From: Octopus sinensis
Lineage: Eukaryota
Reading direction: 5' to 3'
Assembly: GCF_006345805.1 (NCBI RefSeq)
Contig: NC_042997.1
Span: 162,378,001 to 162,442,000 of the forward strand
DNA length: 64,000 bases
Position numbers and translations under genes: made by a program. The notes under the pieces are model-generated. The model was not told where the DNA came from, ran no database searches, and saw only the letters and a list, made by a program, of their open reading frames with translations. Within the stretch, counting starts at the first letter, position 1, and each line of letters starts with the position of its first letter. Of this stretch, positions 28,000 to 40,492 are shown in pieces.

Positions 28000-28792
28000 C
28001 CAGTTATCTTTTTTCTGTCTTCAAAACCCATGATGGTACTTCTCGGAAAATTACACAAATCACTACGATGTTTGGGTACCACATGAATTTGGATCACATT
28101 TCCATCTGTGATTCGCTTTACAAACGGAATGAAAATGCGCCTATTTTAAATCAAATTGTGACAGGTGATGAGAAATGGATTATCTACCGAAATGTTTAAA
28201 GAAAATGATTCTGGAGTAAGAGACATGAGCCACCCTTAGCCACCCTAAAAAAACTCTTGCTTTTTGTCTGGTGAGATTGGAGCAGAATTCTGTACTATGA
28301 GCTTCTCCCAAGTTACCAGACAATTAATTCTAAGAAATACTGCACACAACTGGACGAGTTAAAAGCAGCAATTCAAGAGAAACATCCAGAATTGGCCAAC
28401 GGGAAAGGTGTTGTTTTCCAACATGATAATGCAAGACCGCACGTTTCTTTGGGAACCAGACAAAAATTGTCGTAGCTTGGCTGGGATGTGTTACCCCACC
28501 CTTCATATTCACCAGATATTGCTCCTTTGGATTTCCACTTATTCAGGTCTCTGCAGAATAGTCTTAATAGTAAAAATTTTAATTCCTTGGTTGACGTAAA
28601 AAGATATCTTGAATTATTTGCTATGAAACCACCTCAGTTCTGGGAAGAGGGTATTTTGAAGTTAATGGAAAGATATAAAGGCATTGTGCAACAAAATGGT
28701 TAATATTTGGTTCATTAAAAAATGTAATGGCAAGTATTTATTGCCCTTTTTCTTTCCTTTAAAAATAGGCACAAACTTTCGGGATAACCCAA
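28000..28792 (+). mobile_element. Mariner 3' half, pseudogenised
   Basis: WVPHE, IVTGDEKWI, FQHDNARPH, HPSYSPDIAPLDFHLF (D,D34D); right TIR ...GGGATAACCCAA|TA. Confidence 0.92.
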
Positions 28793-29057
28793 TAGTTTGG
28801 CTGGCAGGCACTATGGAATCTGTTGGAATGTCGCTTGCTGCAAAACCACGTGATAGTCCTATATCATTCACGTTTTCGTTTTTGTTTATAGAGTTGGGAA
28901 GAAGGTTAATTTTCGATTTTTTTAATAAAGTTACTAACCTTCTTTCTATGTTCTATAAATGTTGCTCTGCGTAGTTGCTTCGCAGTATGTATGTATGTAT
29001 GTATGTATGTATGTATGTATGTATGTATGTATGTATGTATGTATGTATGTATGTATA

Positions 29058-29430
29058 CAAGGGGAAGTGAATAAATTATCGTCTAATTTATTAGACGAAA
29101 ATGAAAATAACACTGACACTTCATTTTAAAAGATACATTTACCAAATTTACATAAAAATATCTTGAAATACAAAAGAGTAAATTAATTCAATGAAATCGC
29201 CATTGGCTTCAATCACGACCCCCAAATGACTTCGGAATCTCCTGCAACTCTTCTGGACGGTCTCCTTGTTTAAGTTGGTGAATGCTGCCATAATCCTTGC
29301 CTTCAATTCATCTTTGGTGTTACAAGGAGTTTTGTTAGTCTCTCGCCCAACACATAATAATCAAGGGGGTTACAGTCTGGGGGTTAGGTGGCCAGATGTT
29401 AAGGGTGATGTGGTCGCAGAAATTGTCTGA
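29058..29430 (-). mobile_element. Tc1/mariner (maT/DD37D-like) 3' fragment
   Basis: IWPPN.PDCNPLDYYV...NTKDELKARIMAAF...CRRFRSHLGVVIEANGDFIE*; terminus at TA 29056-29057. Confidence 0.75.
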
Positions 29431-29492
29431 CATATTATGAAAAAATTAAGTTGATTAGAACTACCAGTAAAGTCATTTTTTTTCGTCTTCAA

Positions 29493-29523
<31 letters not shown>

Positions 29524-29809
29524 GCGACGCCTAGTCATCAGCGTCACTCGGGCTCAACACAGATTTCACATAAGATACATGCCTACTCGAAGAATTTCAA
29601 GTTTTCTGCAATATTTCTAGCCCCAAATGGCTCATTTTTTATATCTAGCACTGTCATTCTCCATTTCTAAGTTGAAGGTAAAAGTAAAGCAACTCCGCAA
29701 AACACAACTGATCTTTACACACAGACTCACAAAATAACAGCAATCATATAATGACAGCGGAGTGCACAACAAACACCAGCGATCTGACTATCCTCTGTAC
29801 TCTTATATG

Positions 29810-29843
<34 letters not shown>

Positions 29844-30045
29844 ATTAATAGTAGGTAATATAAATGTTTAGCAATACTAAATCAAATTTCACAATATATA
29901 ATGTCTGTAAATAATTAAGAGACACAACCTCTATTAACTAATTCAATTAATAGTGAAAGATATCTATAATAAATCATATAGAAAGATTTTAAATATATTA
30001 TAATAAATATTATTCTAAAAATCACTAAATTAAATAAACATTAAA

Positions 30046-30142
30046 TTGAGTACGCGCGTTTCGTGACTATATATTTAAATCGATAATATTAAAAGTTAAT
30101 ACTAATTTGATTTAAAAATATATAGCCACTCTTCAGGTGAAT
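30046..30142 (-). ncRNA. Hammerhead ribozyme fold with very long stem II and damaged stem I
   Basis: CUGAAGA (30136-30130); 19-bp stem II with a 2-nt bulge plus a further 9 bp; GAAA; palindromic stem III ACGCGCGU; GUA site. Stem I (auucac/cucaau) has two C.C mismatches. Confidence 0.7.
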
Positions 30143-30920
30143 AATAATATGAAATAAATGAAAATATAATAATTAAAAAATAAATCTAGAAATATATGTA
30201 TCTTAACAATAAATAATCTATAAATAATCTATTAAAATTTAATAAAATTTAACAATATTGATGAAAAATAAAATAATAACTTATCTTACAGATGAATACT
30301 GGTTAACTGAAATTTTAAACGTTAAACTATGAAACTAGCGTTAACTTAATATAAAATAAATGAAAATGTAACAATTAAACAATAACTATAGAAATATATG
30401 TATCGTAACAATAAATAATCAAATAAAATGTAACAGTATTAATGAAAGTAAAATCATAACTTCTCTTATTGATCAGTTAACTGAAATTTTAAACGTTAAA
30501 CTCCAAATCTAGCGTTGCTAAGAAATCTATCGCGTTAAAACATGACGTAAATAATAAATATAGAATAAATAAATAGGAATATGTATTTTAGCGTTGAAAA
30601 TAACAAATAAACTTGATGTAAAATACCATTTACTGGGAAAAATTCTAAATTCTCAATAATTTAAAACTAAAAAAAGTTATTCGTAAAATACATAAAATAA
30701 ACTAAATTTCAATAAATTAATATATATTCATCAATTTATTTATTTTATAAACACTTTGGTTTAATCTTATTCTAGCTATGTTCATACACTACATAATCTA
30801 CTGCTAATTTATACTCATTATACTACTACAAATTATAACTACATAAATTAGTAACATATATCAGGGTTTAAATATATACACAAATTAGCTAAACTTATAT
30901 TAGTAATTTAACCTATGTCT

Positions 30921-31300
30921 ACTCTTTACTCTTTACTCTTTTATTTGTTTCAGTCATTTGACTGCGGCCATGCTGGAGCACCGCCTTTAATCGAGCAACT
31001 CGACCCCGGGACTTATTCTTTTGTAAGCCCAGTACTTATTCTATCGGTCTCTTTTGCCGAACCGCTAAGTAACGGGGACGTAAACACACCAGCATATGGG
31101 GACAAACACAGACACACAAACACACACACTCATATACATATATATACATATATACGACGGGCTTCTTTCAGTTTCCGTCTACCAAATCCACTCACAAGAC
31201 TTTGGTGGAAGACACTTGCCCAAGTTGCCACGCAGTGGGACTGAACCCGGAACCATGTGGTTGGTAAACAAGCTACTTACCACACAGCCACTCCTGCGCC
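30921..31300 (-). mobile_element. tRNA-derived SINE, family B
   Basis: Head GGCGCAGGAGTGGCTGTGTGGTAAG...GGTTCAGTCCC; internal microsatellite; tail ...GCAGTCAAATGACTGAAAC with (AGTAAAG)n. Confidence 0.9.
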
Positions 31301-31334
31301 TACATTTAATTTTTCTCTCATCTTGGAAAATTAA

Positions 31335-31750
31335 TCAATTTTTTATTAGATAATCATAAAATGAATTTATGAATATCTCCACAAATTCATTTGTACGTAG
31401 TAAACAAAAATTATTACCTATTCGATAGGATTTAGCTTTACAAACTATCTCCCAATTTAAATTATACTTAATTCTTTTAGATTTCAATTCCCATATATAT
31501 TTGCTAAGGCCAGTAGAATTAATCAACGTTTTATTCTTAAATGAATTCATGTGTTGAGCCACCCTTAATTTAATTTTAGAAGTCGTCCCCACGTAACTCG
31601 CATTTAAATTATAAATATTCCTATTAATATTATCATCTATCAGAGTCACTACGCATTTATACACTACATCATCCAAATTACATTTATTTTTAAAGTTACA
31701 TTCTTTCGTATCTCTTCATGTACAATAAATTATATTCTGTTCTTTATTAT
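31335..31750 (-). mobile_element. PLE fragment, GIY-YIG endonuclease (Naiad-like)
   Basis: VVYKC...YVGTTSKIKLRVAQHMNSFKNKTLINSTGLSKYIWELK...NWEIVCKAKSY...FCLL. Confidence 0.8.
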
Positions 31751-32340
31751 TATTGGAATAATTATTTAATTTGTTAGTATCATTATTTCTTTTAATAGAT
31801 TTAAGCTGAATAAGTTTTACACTAACAAATTAAATAATTATTCCAATAAGGGACAATGAGATTTCTTTAAGAAAAAATTAAACTTAATATATATATGTAT
31901 ATTTCCCAGATTACATATTCCTAAAAAAGTTACAAATTAAGAAATTGCGGTGCGGACGGGGGATGGGGTGGGGACTAAAATTTTGAAAACGTGATTTCTG
32001 GGAAAAATCGTATTGATGCCCATTTATACGATGGAACAGTACATAGTTTGTGATCCTTCTTAAGAACAGAAATTACTTTCATGCACACCCAGGCAAATTG
32101 TACCCCACCCTTCACTTTTAAGCAAATAATAACTTCCATTACGTCAGTAATCCAGTTCACTATATATATCAGCTGTGCTGATTTTGCCCATAAGAAAGGA
32201 ATAATACAATATGGCTGTAGGTCATAACACCCGGGTAACACCGGGATGCATAGCTTGTACACACACATACATACATACATACATACATACATACATACAC
32301 CACACACACACATACGTATATATGTACGTATATACATGTT

Positions 32341-32546
<206 letters not shown>

Positions 32547-32583
32547 TAAATAAATGGAGTTTAACGCAGGTGTAATCAAATAT

Positions 32584-32678
32584 TTTTACTTTCGACACAT
32601 GTTTCGAAAATTCCACTGATATTATTGAAAATAATAAATGGTATAAACAATGCAATCTTCTCCTCAGAAAAGTGAAAA
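32584..32678 (-). ncRNA. Type I hammerhead ribozyme, canonical core, PLE-associated
   Basis: Stem I acuuuu/gaaagu plus 4 more bp; core CUGAGGA (32667-32661); stem II with 12 of 13 pairs; GAAA (32605-32602); stem III ACA-ug-UGU; cleavage triplet GUC (C17 = 32594). Lies about 270 nt downstream of a PLE GIY-YIG ORF on the same strand. Confidence 0.85.
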
Positions 32679-32945
32679 AAGCGAAATTCGTCAATAAGAC
32701 ATTTTAGCAAAAAATGATGGATTTGTATAGCGATAGACAGAACGCTATTAATATTGTTTAAAAAAACGTTATATGATATAACGTCATAAGTAGCTAACAT
32801 AAAGAGTAGGGATACCAATAGTGAATGTTAAATATAAAGGAAATTAAAGTTTAAATTATATATAATGATAGAGACTACTTATATGCACTAAATGTATGTT
32901 TTTGCCAATGCTTACATCTGTATGCTCGTTCTATAACCGTGTTTA

Positions 32946-33560
32946 CTAGAGTATTTTTTTAGAAAAAATAATGAAAAATAGCTCAGAAGTGCAGAGAAGA
33001 CAGAATTCCTTGCCTTTGTCATATGGTATCGAAATTGAGAGAATCAAACATTCTAAATGAAATTGTTCATTGTGGTCCTTTAAATCCCAAATCAGTTTGC
33101 TGAGACCGGTACTATTACGTTTATTTCTATCCCTAAATGTTGAGTAATGGATAGAAATTCTTTTAGATAACTCTAACGATGTGCTTCCAATGTAAAATCG
33201 TACTTTATTACGAGTACTGATTATACACTGGTATATAGAATTTTTAATCTTAGAGTTACTTGACATAAACTTATTTCTATTGGAATTGACTTCAGATACA
33301 ATAACCTTGTTATTAATATTTCTAGAGGGTTGGATGGTATTAGCTAAATTAATGTTAGTATTAGTAAATGTATTAATATTTAACAATTTGTTACTATGTG
33401 AAGAGATAATTTGCAAGAGATTTTTTGTGTTTGAAAAACCTATCCTAACCTTATGTGAATTGATAATAGAGTAGTATCTAGAATTGTTTGGAAAATTCCT
33501 AGCAATAGCTTTACGAAACAGCAGTGGGAGATTAGATTTAATTTGTCTCCCGTAAGGAAT
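32946..33560 (-). mobile_element. PLE fragment, GIY-YIG endonuclease (Naiad-like)
   Basis: SIYQC...FYIGSTSLELSKRISIHYSTFRDRNKRNSTGLSKLIWDLK...PYDKGKEFCLLCTSE; hammerhead ribozyme downstream. Confidence 0.82.
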
Positions 33561-34460
33561 TATTAATCAAGTACATACATACATACATACATACATACAT
33601 ACATACATACATACATACATACATACATACATACATACATACATACATACATGTGTGTGTGTGTGTGTATGAGTGTGAATGCATATATTTTCAAATTTTC
33701 CAGGTGTTCCAAGACAAGTATTGCTACTCCTGTTTATTTTGCCTAATGAATGTAAAGAATATATTATTGCATTTAATAGTTTTCAACACTCAATAGCCAC
33801 ATTAAAACAAAGTTTTACATACTAATATTATTGGTAGTGACTGCATCTACTTCATGACGGAAGGAATTATGAAGGTTCCACAATCTAGCATTTACCACAT
33901 TTCAGCTTTGTTCCATTCCCAAGTTCAAAATAGATCATTAACCTGTACAGTAGTGTATTATTATCAATACTAAAATTATATGCACATCAAAGTATTATTT
34001 TCCATGTATGTTCGTCGGTGACATGTAGTGTATAGGAGTAAAGTGGCCCGTATTGCCAGCCCTTCGCATTACATCATGTGCATCCGCCGCCATTACCGTT
34101 GTTATTTGTTCCTCAAGATCACATGTCCGTCTTGCGCTATTTTTTTGTTTTGTTTTGTCAAGTGTTCTAGGTAGCCAGTACGAACTTTTGAGTCGATTTC
34201 CATCCTACATGTAATAGATTATGATAAATTTGATAATTAATAAAGTTATAATATCTATAGCTATATAACTTATGTTATAAATCTTAGTTTCCCTATTCTT
34301 ACATATGTTGCTTTGAATTAAAATTCTTTAATAAGTATTAATATGTACGCTTCGTTTTGCTTTTTCTTCAAAGTGGTTTACAGTAGACACATGGTTCAAT
34401 AGCCATAGTTCATTCAGTCCACTTTTCAGTCTAAGAGCATAATTAACGGTATTCTATATA

Positions 34461-35820
34461 TCAGGTCATCCCATAAGTTCTGTCCGATTTTACCTTTTTT
34501 AAATTGAATGAAATTTAATCGTATTTTAGAGTGTCTAATAGAATTTAAAATTATTTTTATGCATTTGTATACATTTCAACTAATTAAATATTTTACAGAA
34601 TAACAGAATTAAAATTTATTTGATTAAAACCCTTTTTAACATGGAAGTATCCAAAGAGCATTTGAAGCACATAATGCTTTATGAGTACAGAAAAGGAAAC
34701 TCTGCAGCTGAAGCGACTCAAAACATACACTCAGTTTAAGGGAAAGAATGCTTGAATGAAAGAACTTGTAGAAGATGGTTTGCAAAGTTCAGAAGTGGAG
34801 ATTACAGCCTTGAAGATGAAGATTGAACAGGACGTCCAGTTGAGTTTGATAATAAGCTCCTTGAGGCATTACTTGAAGAAAATCATGCGTTATCAGTTGA
34901 AGAATTGGAAATAAAGCTTAGTTCAAACCATAAAACAGTTCATCGTCATCTTCAACAACTTGGAAAGGTTCCTAAACTTGGAAAATGGGTGCCTCGTGAA
35001 TTGCACGCCTCTACATCTGGCCTGTGAGGATGGACACACAGATACTGTTAAACTTCTACTCCAACAGACTGGCGGGATTTGCGGTTACAACCACAAATCC
35101 CGCGTTGACATCTGCTCTTTTATCCATTCTCGGGAACTCATTTCATCCTTTTTGGATAGGGTTGTGACTGGTGGCGAAATGGATCTTCTTTCGAAATGGT
35201 AAACGTCGTAAACAGTAACTTGGTAAAAGGGAAAAAAGCTCAACTACAACTGAGAAGGGAACTTCATGGGAAAAAGTTTCTTCTCTCTATCTGGTAGGAT
35301 TGCAAAGGAGTAATTCCCTTTGAATTGTTACCACCTAATGCAACAATCAATGCTCAAGTCTACTGTCAGCAATTAGAGTATTTGAACCAAGCTTCGAAGA
35401 AAAAATGACCCGCTTTAGTGAATCGAAAAGGAGTGATGTTTCATCAGGACAATGCGCGACCCCACACTGCAAAGATCACATCACAGAAGATCGAAGAGCT
35501 TGGTTCAAAAAAAAATTTCTCATCCACCTTATTCTCCCGACATTGCTCCTTCAGACTACCATTTGTTTCATAGTTTACAGAATCATTTCGGGGACTTAAC
35601 TTTCGCAAGCCAGGAGGAGGTCGAAACTGACATTTCAGAGTTCTTCGCTTTGAAACCAAAAGAGTTTTACATTGATGGGATTAAAAAGCTTGTAAATAGA
35701 AGGAAGGAAGTCATAGATAATCAGGGAAAGTACATTGATGATTAAATTTCAATTAGATATAACATTTGATCACTCGTTTTCTTAATTCAAAATTCGGATA
35801 GAACTTATGGGATGACCAGG
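34461..35820 (+). mobile_element. Near full-length mariner (about 1.36 kb), dead transposase with a 76-nt foreign insert
   Basis: TIRs TCAGGTCATCCCATAAGTTCTGTCCGA and CCTGGTCATCCCATAAGTTCTATCCGA (reverse complement), TA on both sides. ORF 34641-35745: MEVSKEH...RRWFAKFRSG...WVPREL...FLDRVVTG...HQDNARPH...HPPYSPDIAPSDYHLF; several stops and frameshifts. Confidence 0.95.
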
Positions 35821-36186
35821 TAACTTCATTTACACCTGATTTCATAGAATAGAAATTTATTTTCAAATATCTGAATTCTTTGAACAATTCCCCAAATAAA
35901 TTTTATTCGCTTCATATTTTGGGCAGAAAAGCGAAAAGGTATTTTTTATGGTTGAAAGCTGTCTGGGTTATTTTGACTAGCAGTTTAAGATGGCTATCTG
36001 GTCTACAGGAGAATTCTCAAAAGAATTCTGCCCTTTCGTTCTGTCTATTTACTATTTACTAGATATATTTTATTTCATGGGCTACTTTTAATAGCATCTG
36101 AGCATTAAAAATATTATATATATATATATATTGGTTTTTTAACCCAATATTTATCTACTTCGAGTTCCTGCGTTAAAAATGAATAT

Positions 36187-36247
<61 letters not shown>

Positions 36248-36258
36248 GAATATATATA

Positions 36259-36305
<47 letters not shown>

Positions 36306-36306
36306 C

Positions 36307-36452
<146 letters not shown>

Positions 36453-36559
36453 TGTATGTATATGTATATATACTCGAAGAAGATAAATATTAGGTTAAAA
36501 ATCTTTTGAATAAAAAAGTTGCAGCCTGCCAGTGGGACTCGAACTTTCATCTTCTATAA

Positions 36560-36962
36560 ACATGACGTAAACAGTGGCTGTATGGTAAGTAGCTTGCTAA
36601 CCAACCACATGGTTCCGGGTTCAGTCCCACTGCGTGGCATCTTGGGCAAGTGTCTTCTGCTATAGCCCCGGGCTGAACAATGCCTTGTGAGTGGATTTGG
36701 TAGACGGAAACTGATAGAAGCCTGTCGTTTATATGTATATATATGTATGTGTCTGTGTTTGTGTGTCTGTGTTTGTCCCATTAGCATTGCTTGACAACCG
36801 ATGGTGGTGTGTTTATGTCCCCGTCACTTAGCGGTTCGGCAAAAGAAACCGATAGAATAAGTACTGGGCTTACAAAGAATAAGTCCCGGGATCGATTTGC
36901 TCAACTAAAGGCGGTGCTCCAGCATGACCGCAGTCAAATGACTGAAACAAAATAGTAAAAGA

Positions 36963-36965
<3 letters not shown>
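36560..36965 (+). mobile_element. SINE family B
   Basis: Close match to 30921-31300. Confidence 0.9.
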
Positions 36966-37008
<43 letters not shown>

Positions 37009-37009
37009 G

Positions 37010-37040
<31 letters not shown>

Positions 37041-37592
37041 CCGATACTGGAAAGCACTTTATGGTACCACTTTTACCTTGGCCTCCTACGCCTATGCTTA
37101 TTTTTCCTAATGGCTTATCCAGCTTCCGGCGTGTAAATTAAAACAGGTGGAAAACCTAAACTAAATACTTTCAAAGCACCTATTCACTAGAATTTAATGC
37201 AGTTGTCGTGTAATTACATCAAAATGTTTTTACCTTTTCATCCTGAAAATATATCATTATTCTTTGTTTACAGTTTTAATTACTCCGAAAATAAAGCTAA
37301 ATTTTATCGTGAGCTGATATTAAATTAAAGAAAATATATGTTCTTTGTTGATTCGATTAAATTTACTAATTATTCCAAAATTAGATTGCTGAACATTATC
37401 ACTTTTCAATCTCCACAGCATATTAAACGATTCCAAAAGTTCATTCGCTTTGTTAATTACATCGAATTCCTTTTTAATGATATTCAGTGATTTGTTTGTT
37501 TATCTATTCTTTTATCAATTTATCTGCTTGAGTTAACAGTCAATCTTATGAACGTTGCATACATTAAAGTAGCCACACCTCCAAGAACTATG

Positions 37593-37681
37593 TATAAATA
37601 TCCCAGGAAATAGAATCGAGTGTCACACTTAGCAACCAACGGCTGAATATACCAAGTCTCCTATCTTCATAGAAGGTAAAC
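37593..37681 (+). promoter_or_regulatory. Predicted core promoter and non-coding exon 1 of reflectin-L
   Basis: TATAAATA 37593-37600; initiator-like TCACACT with A+1 at 37625 (32 nt after the TATA T); 51-nt ATG-free exon; donor AAG|GTAAAC at 37675/37676. The link to the 40753 acceptor is inferred. Confidence 0.5.
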
Positions 37682-38157
37682 TACTTTTTTATTGCTTTTA
37701 AACTTTGTAATTGTTTGGTTGGAACGACTCTTAAGACTTTTTTCTTCTTAATGTAAGGATTCAAAGAAAAATGGGAAAATGCTTCACATAGTTATTTCCA
37801 GGCACATGCGAGGACTTGAGTTCGGTATTGCCTCTTAACAAAATGGCATATATTTAAAACTAGATTTACTTAAATATTTTTGTTATTTCTCTTCAAGAAT
37901 ACGACACAACATAGTTGGATATATATTTATCAATCTAAAGTATGTCAGCCGACATAAAGATAACTTTTGACGCTATATTGGTGTACATCATTGTAAATCA
38001 ATATTAAAATTATTTTGTCACCTATCTAGTAATACAGAAAAAGCTATGCTCTGTTGATGAAATCTAATAATACAAATATATTCAGAGTTGTCTGTAATTG
38101 CTGAAGATCAGAATAATCCAATAATAATCACTGAACTATATTTTTATCGAGTGGTTG

Positions 38158-38368
38158 TATATATTTACGAAGGGGAGACAAATACCCCCAACAGCTAGGC
38201 CTCCCCTTCGTAAATATATAAGGACACAGGAAATGTGTCGAGGCCGACAGGAAGCGTCGATGCTTCCTAGGGCTAAACAGCGGTGGTGTAATTCCCTTAC
38301 TGTCACGTTAAGTTGACAGTATACAACCAGTCTATCGCCCCACCACCGTACATATCTCTATGAGATAT
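38158..38368. other. Cluster of five hairpins, class unknown
   Basis: 20-bp perfect IR (38158-38177/38201-38220); GACAC/GTGTC; AGGAAGC/GCTTCCT; CGGTGGTG/CACCACCG enclosing TACTGTCA/TGACAGTA; ATATCTC/GAGATAT. Confidence 0.7.
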
Positions 38369-40241
38369 TTAGAAATTTAATATTTCTGATTTATATTTTT
38401 ATCTTTCTTCACTATGTGAATTTTATCAACTAACTAGCTTTAGCTATTTTCTTCCTTACTACTTCATGCGTGATATGTGTATCTGCTCCATTAACTGTCA
38501 CTGTTGTATTTCTCAACATGTTTCTTGTAGCTGTTTACGAATTTAAGATTATCATGTAACTGAAGACAATCAGTTACATTATAATCTCTAGTTATAAAAT
38601 ATAGCATGAGTACTGACTTGTGGTACTTAGACTATGATGTATAGGCTAATTTCCTTAGTATGTATATCTCCCGAGTCATATAAAGTATAATAGTTGCACA
38701 ATTTAAAAGGTATATATGTAAAACGTTGTTAGCTTACTGAGCGATTAGTTGGAAGTAAGCTGTTCATTGTTGCTATTTCTGTTTAGCTGCATGTCAGCCA
38801 TACTGGGAATCATTCCAGTTATGACCACACCGTTTATTTTTGATGAGGCAGAGAAGAAATGTACTTTGGACTACATAATCTAATGTGTACTTTCTCTTTT
38901 AAGAGAGAGATTTTTTTAGACATCAAGCGATCACAAAGAAGCTTCTTTGTTGGTTTAAGTTACGATAGTTATCAAAAATAGCATTCATAATGTGATGAAC
39001 AGAATAAATACCAGCTGTAGTCTTTAAAATACAACAAAGACCTATATTTAAAAGGAAACTACCCGATCTACTGAGATTTATGATTTTGAACAGTTTGAAT
39101 TTTAAGACGGAAATTTTAGAAGTTTCTTTTTCTTTTACAAAAGTGTTCTTTGCGATTGAAGTCATCACTCTGGTGATTTAAATCGATAATATGATACTTA
39201 ACTAAATACGTCAATTTAAAATGTTAATTACTGAGAGCTTGATATTTAGAAGTTGATCTTTCTACAGATCAGGATGAGGAGTTGTCAAACTATTGTTGAT
39301 GTTTCTTATTATTTGTTTCAAATTCTAACATAGTAATAACTCACCTATAAACATTCAGTTAATCAGTCTCCTAAATAACGGTTAATGTCGAAAGCCAGGT
39401 ATTGTAAAATAAATTACTACTGCTAGATACGTAATCCGCATATACCATTATAAGCCAACGAAGGAACTTCACAATTATTCTACCTGCCAGAAATAAAAGC
39501 CAAATTTCGCTCATATCAAACTAAATCGTTTTAAAAGCAGAAGTACACACTGGATAATGGAGTTCTGAATACTCTGAAAAATACATGACGGTCCTAGCGG
39601 GAACGTCTTTGATTATAAAATTTCTCTGTGGATAAACAACAAGAAGAGCAACAATAACAACAGCCGCCATATGTAATTTATGTCTCATATGTCAGTTTCA
39701 TAACTTAGAGGATATATTATTTTATGATTTATATTGGATTAATGCAAAACATATCGCTGACTAGCCCAGAATAATACTAAAACATGTCCGTAATTGTCTC
39801 CCATACTTGCCGGGGGAATGAGAAATGATCTCTGCGTCGGTACCTAAATAACTCATTGGAAGCATTTTATTCAGTCTTCTGCAAAAATGTTAAATGTCAG
39901 TCTACCATAACTTTAATGTTTCTGCCAAGTATTAAAAAAAACCCCAAATTATTGTTATTCTTTCTGTGATGTTCAAGTTAACATCTAAAAGATTAGTATT
40001 TATTAAAAACCTAGGGATTGAAGTCTTTGAGAAATAAGTTGATGAGATATTAGAAGCTACTTCAGCTTTCTGTTATTGTAATAAGTAGAAGTAATACTAC
40101 TTTATTGTGAAGGTCATTTGATCGAAGAGATTAATGTCAACTTTCAGAAGTCATCAAAAACAGCTTTTAATTTGAGATGGATACCTTTTTAAAAAATCAT
40201 TTTAGATAGTAACGGGACATAGTTATTATTTATCATCAATA

Positions 40242-40492
40242 AGGCGGCGAGCTGGCAGAATCAATTGTACACGGACAAAATACTTTGCGTGTTTACGCTC
40301 TAAGTTCAATTTCCGGCGAGTATACTGGACAAAATGCTTAGTGTCTTTACGTCCTGAGTTCAAATTCCGCCGAGGTCGACTTTGCCTTTTATTATTTCGG
40401 GGTCGATGAAATAAGCACCAAATACTGGGGATGATGTAACTGACTAGCTCACTCCCCCAAAATATCAGGCCTTGTGCCTATAACAGAAAATG
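40242..40492 (+). mobile_element. SINE family A with duplicated B-box segment, in the predicted reflectin-L intron
   Basis: Segment GGACAAAAT...GTT.ACG..CT.AGTTCAA.TTCC occurs twice in tandem. Confidence 0.85.
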
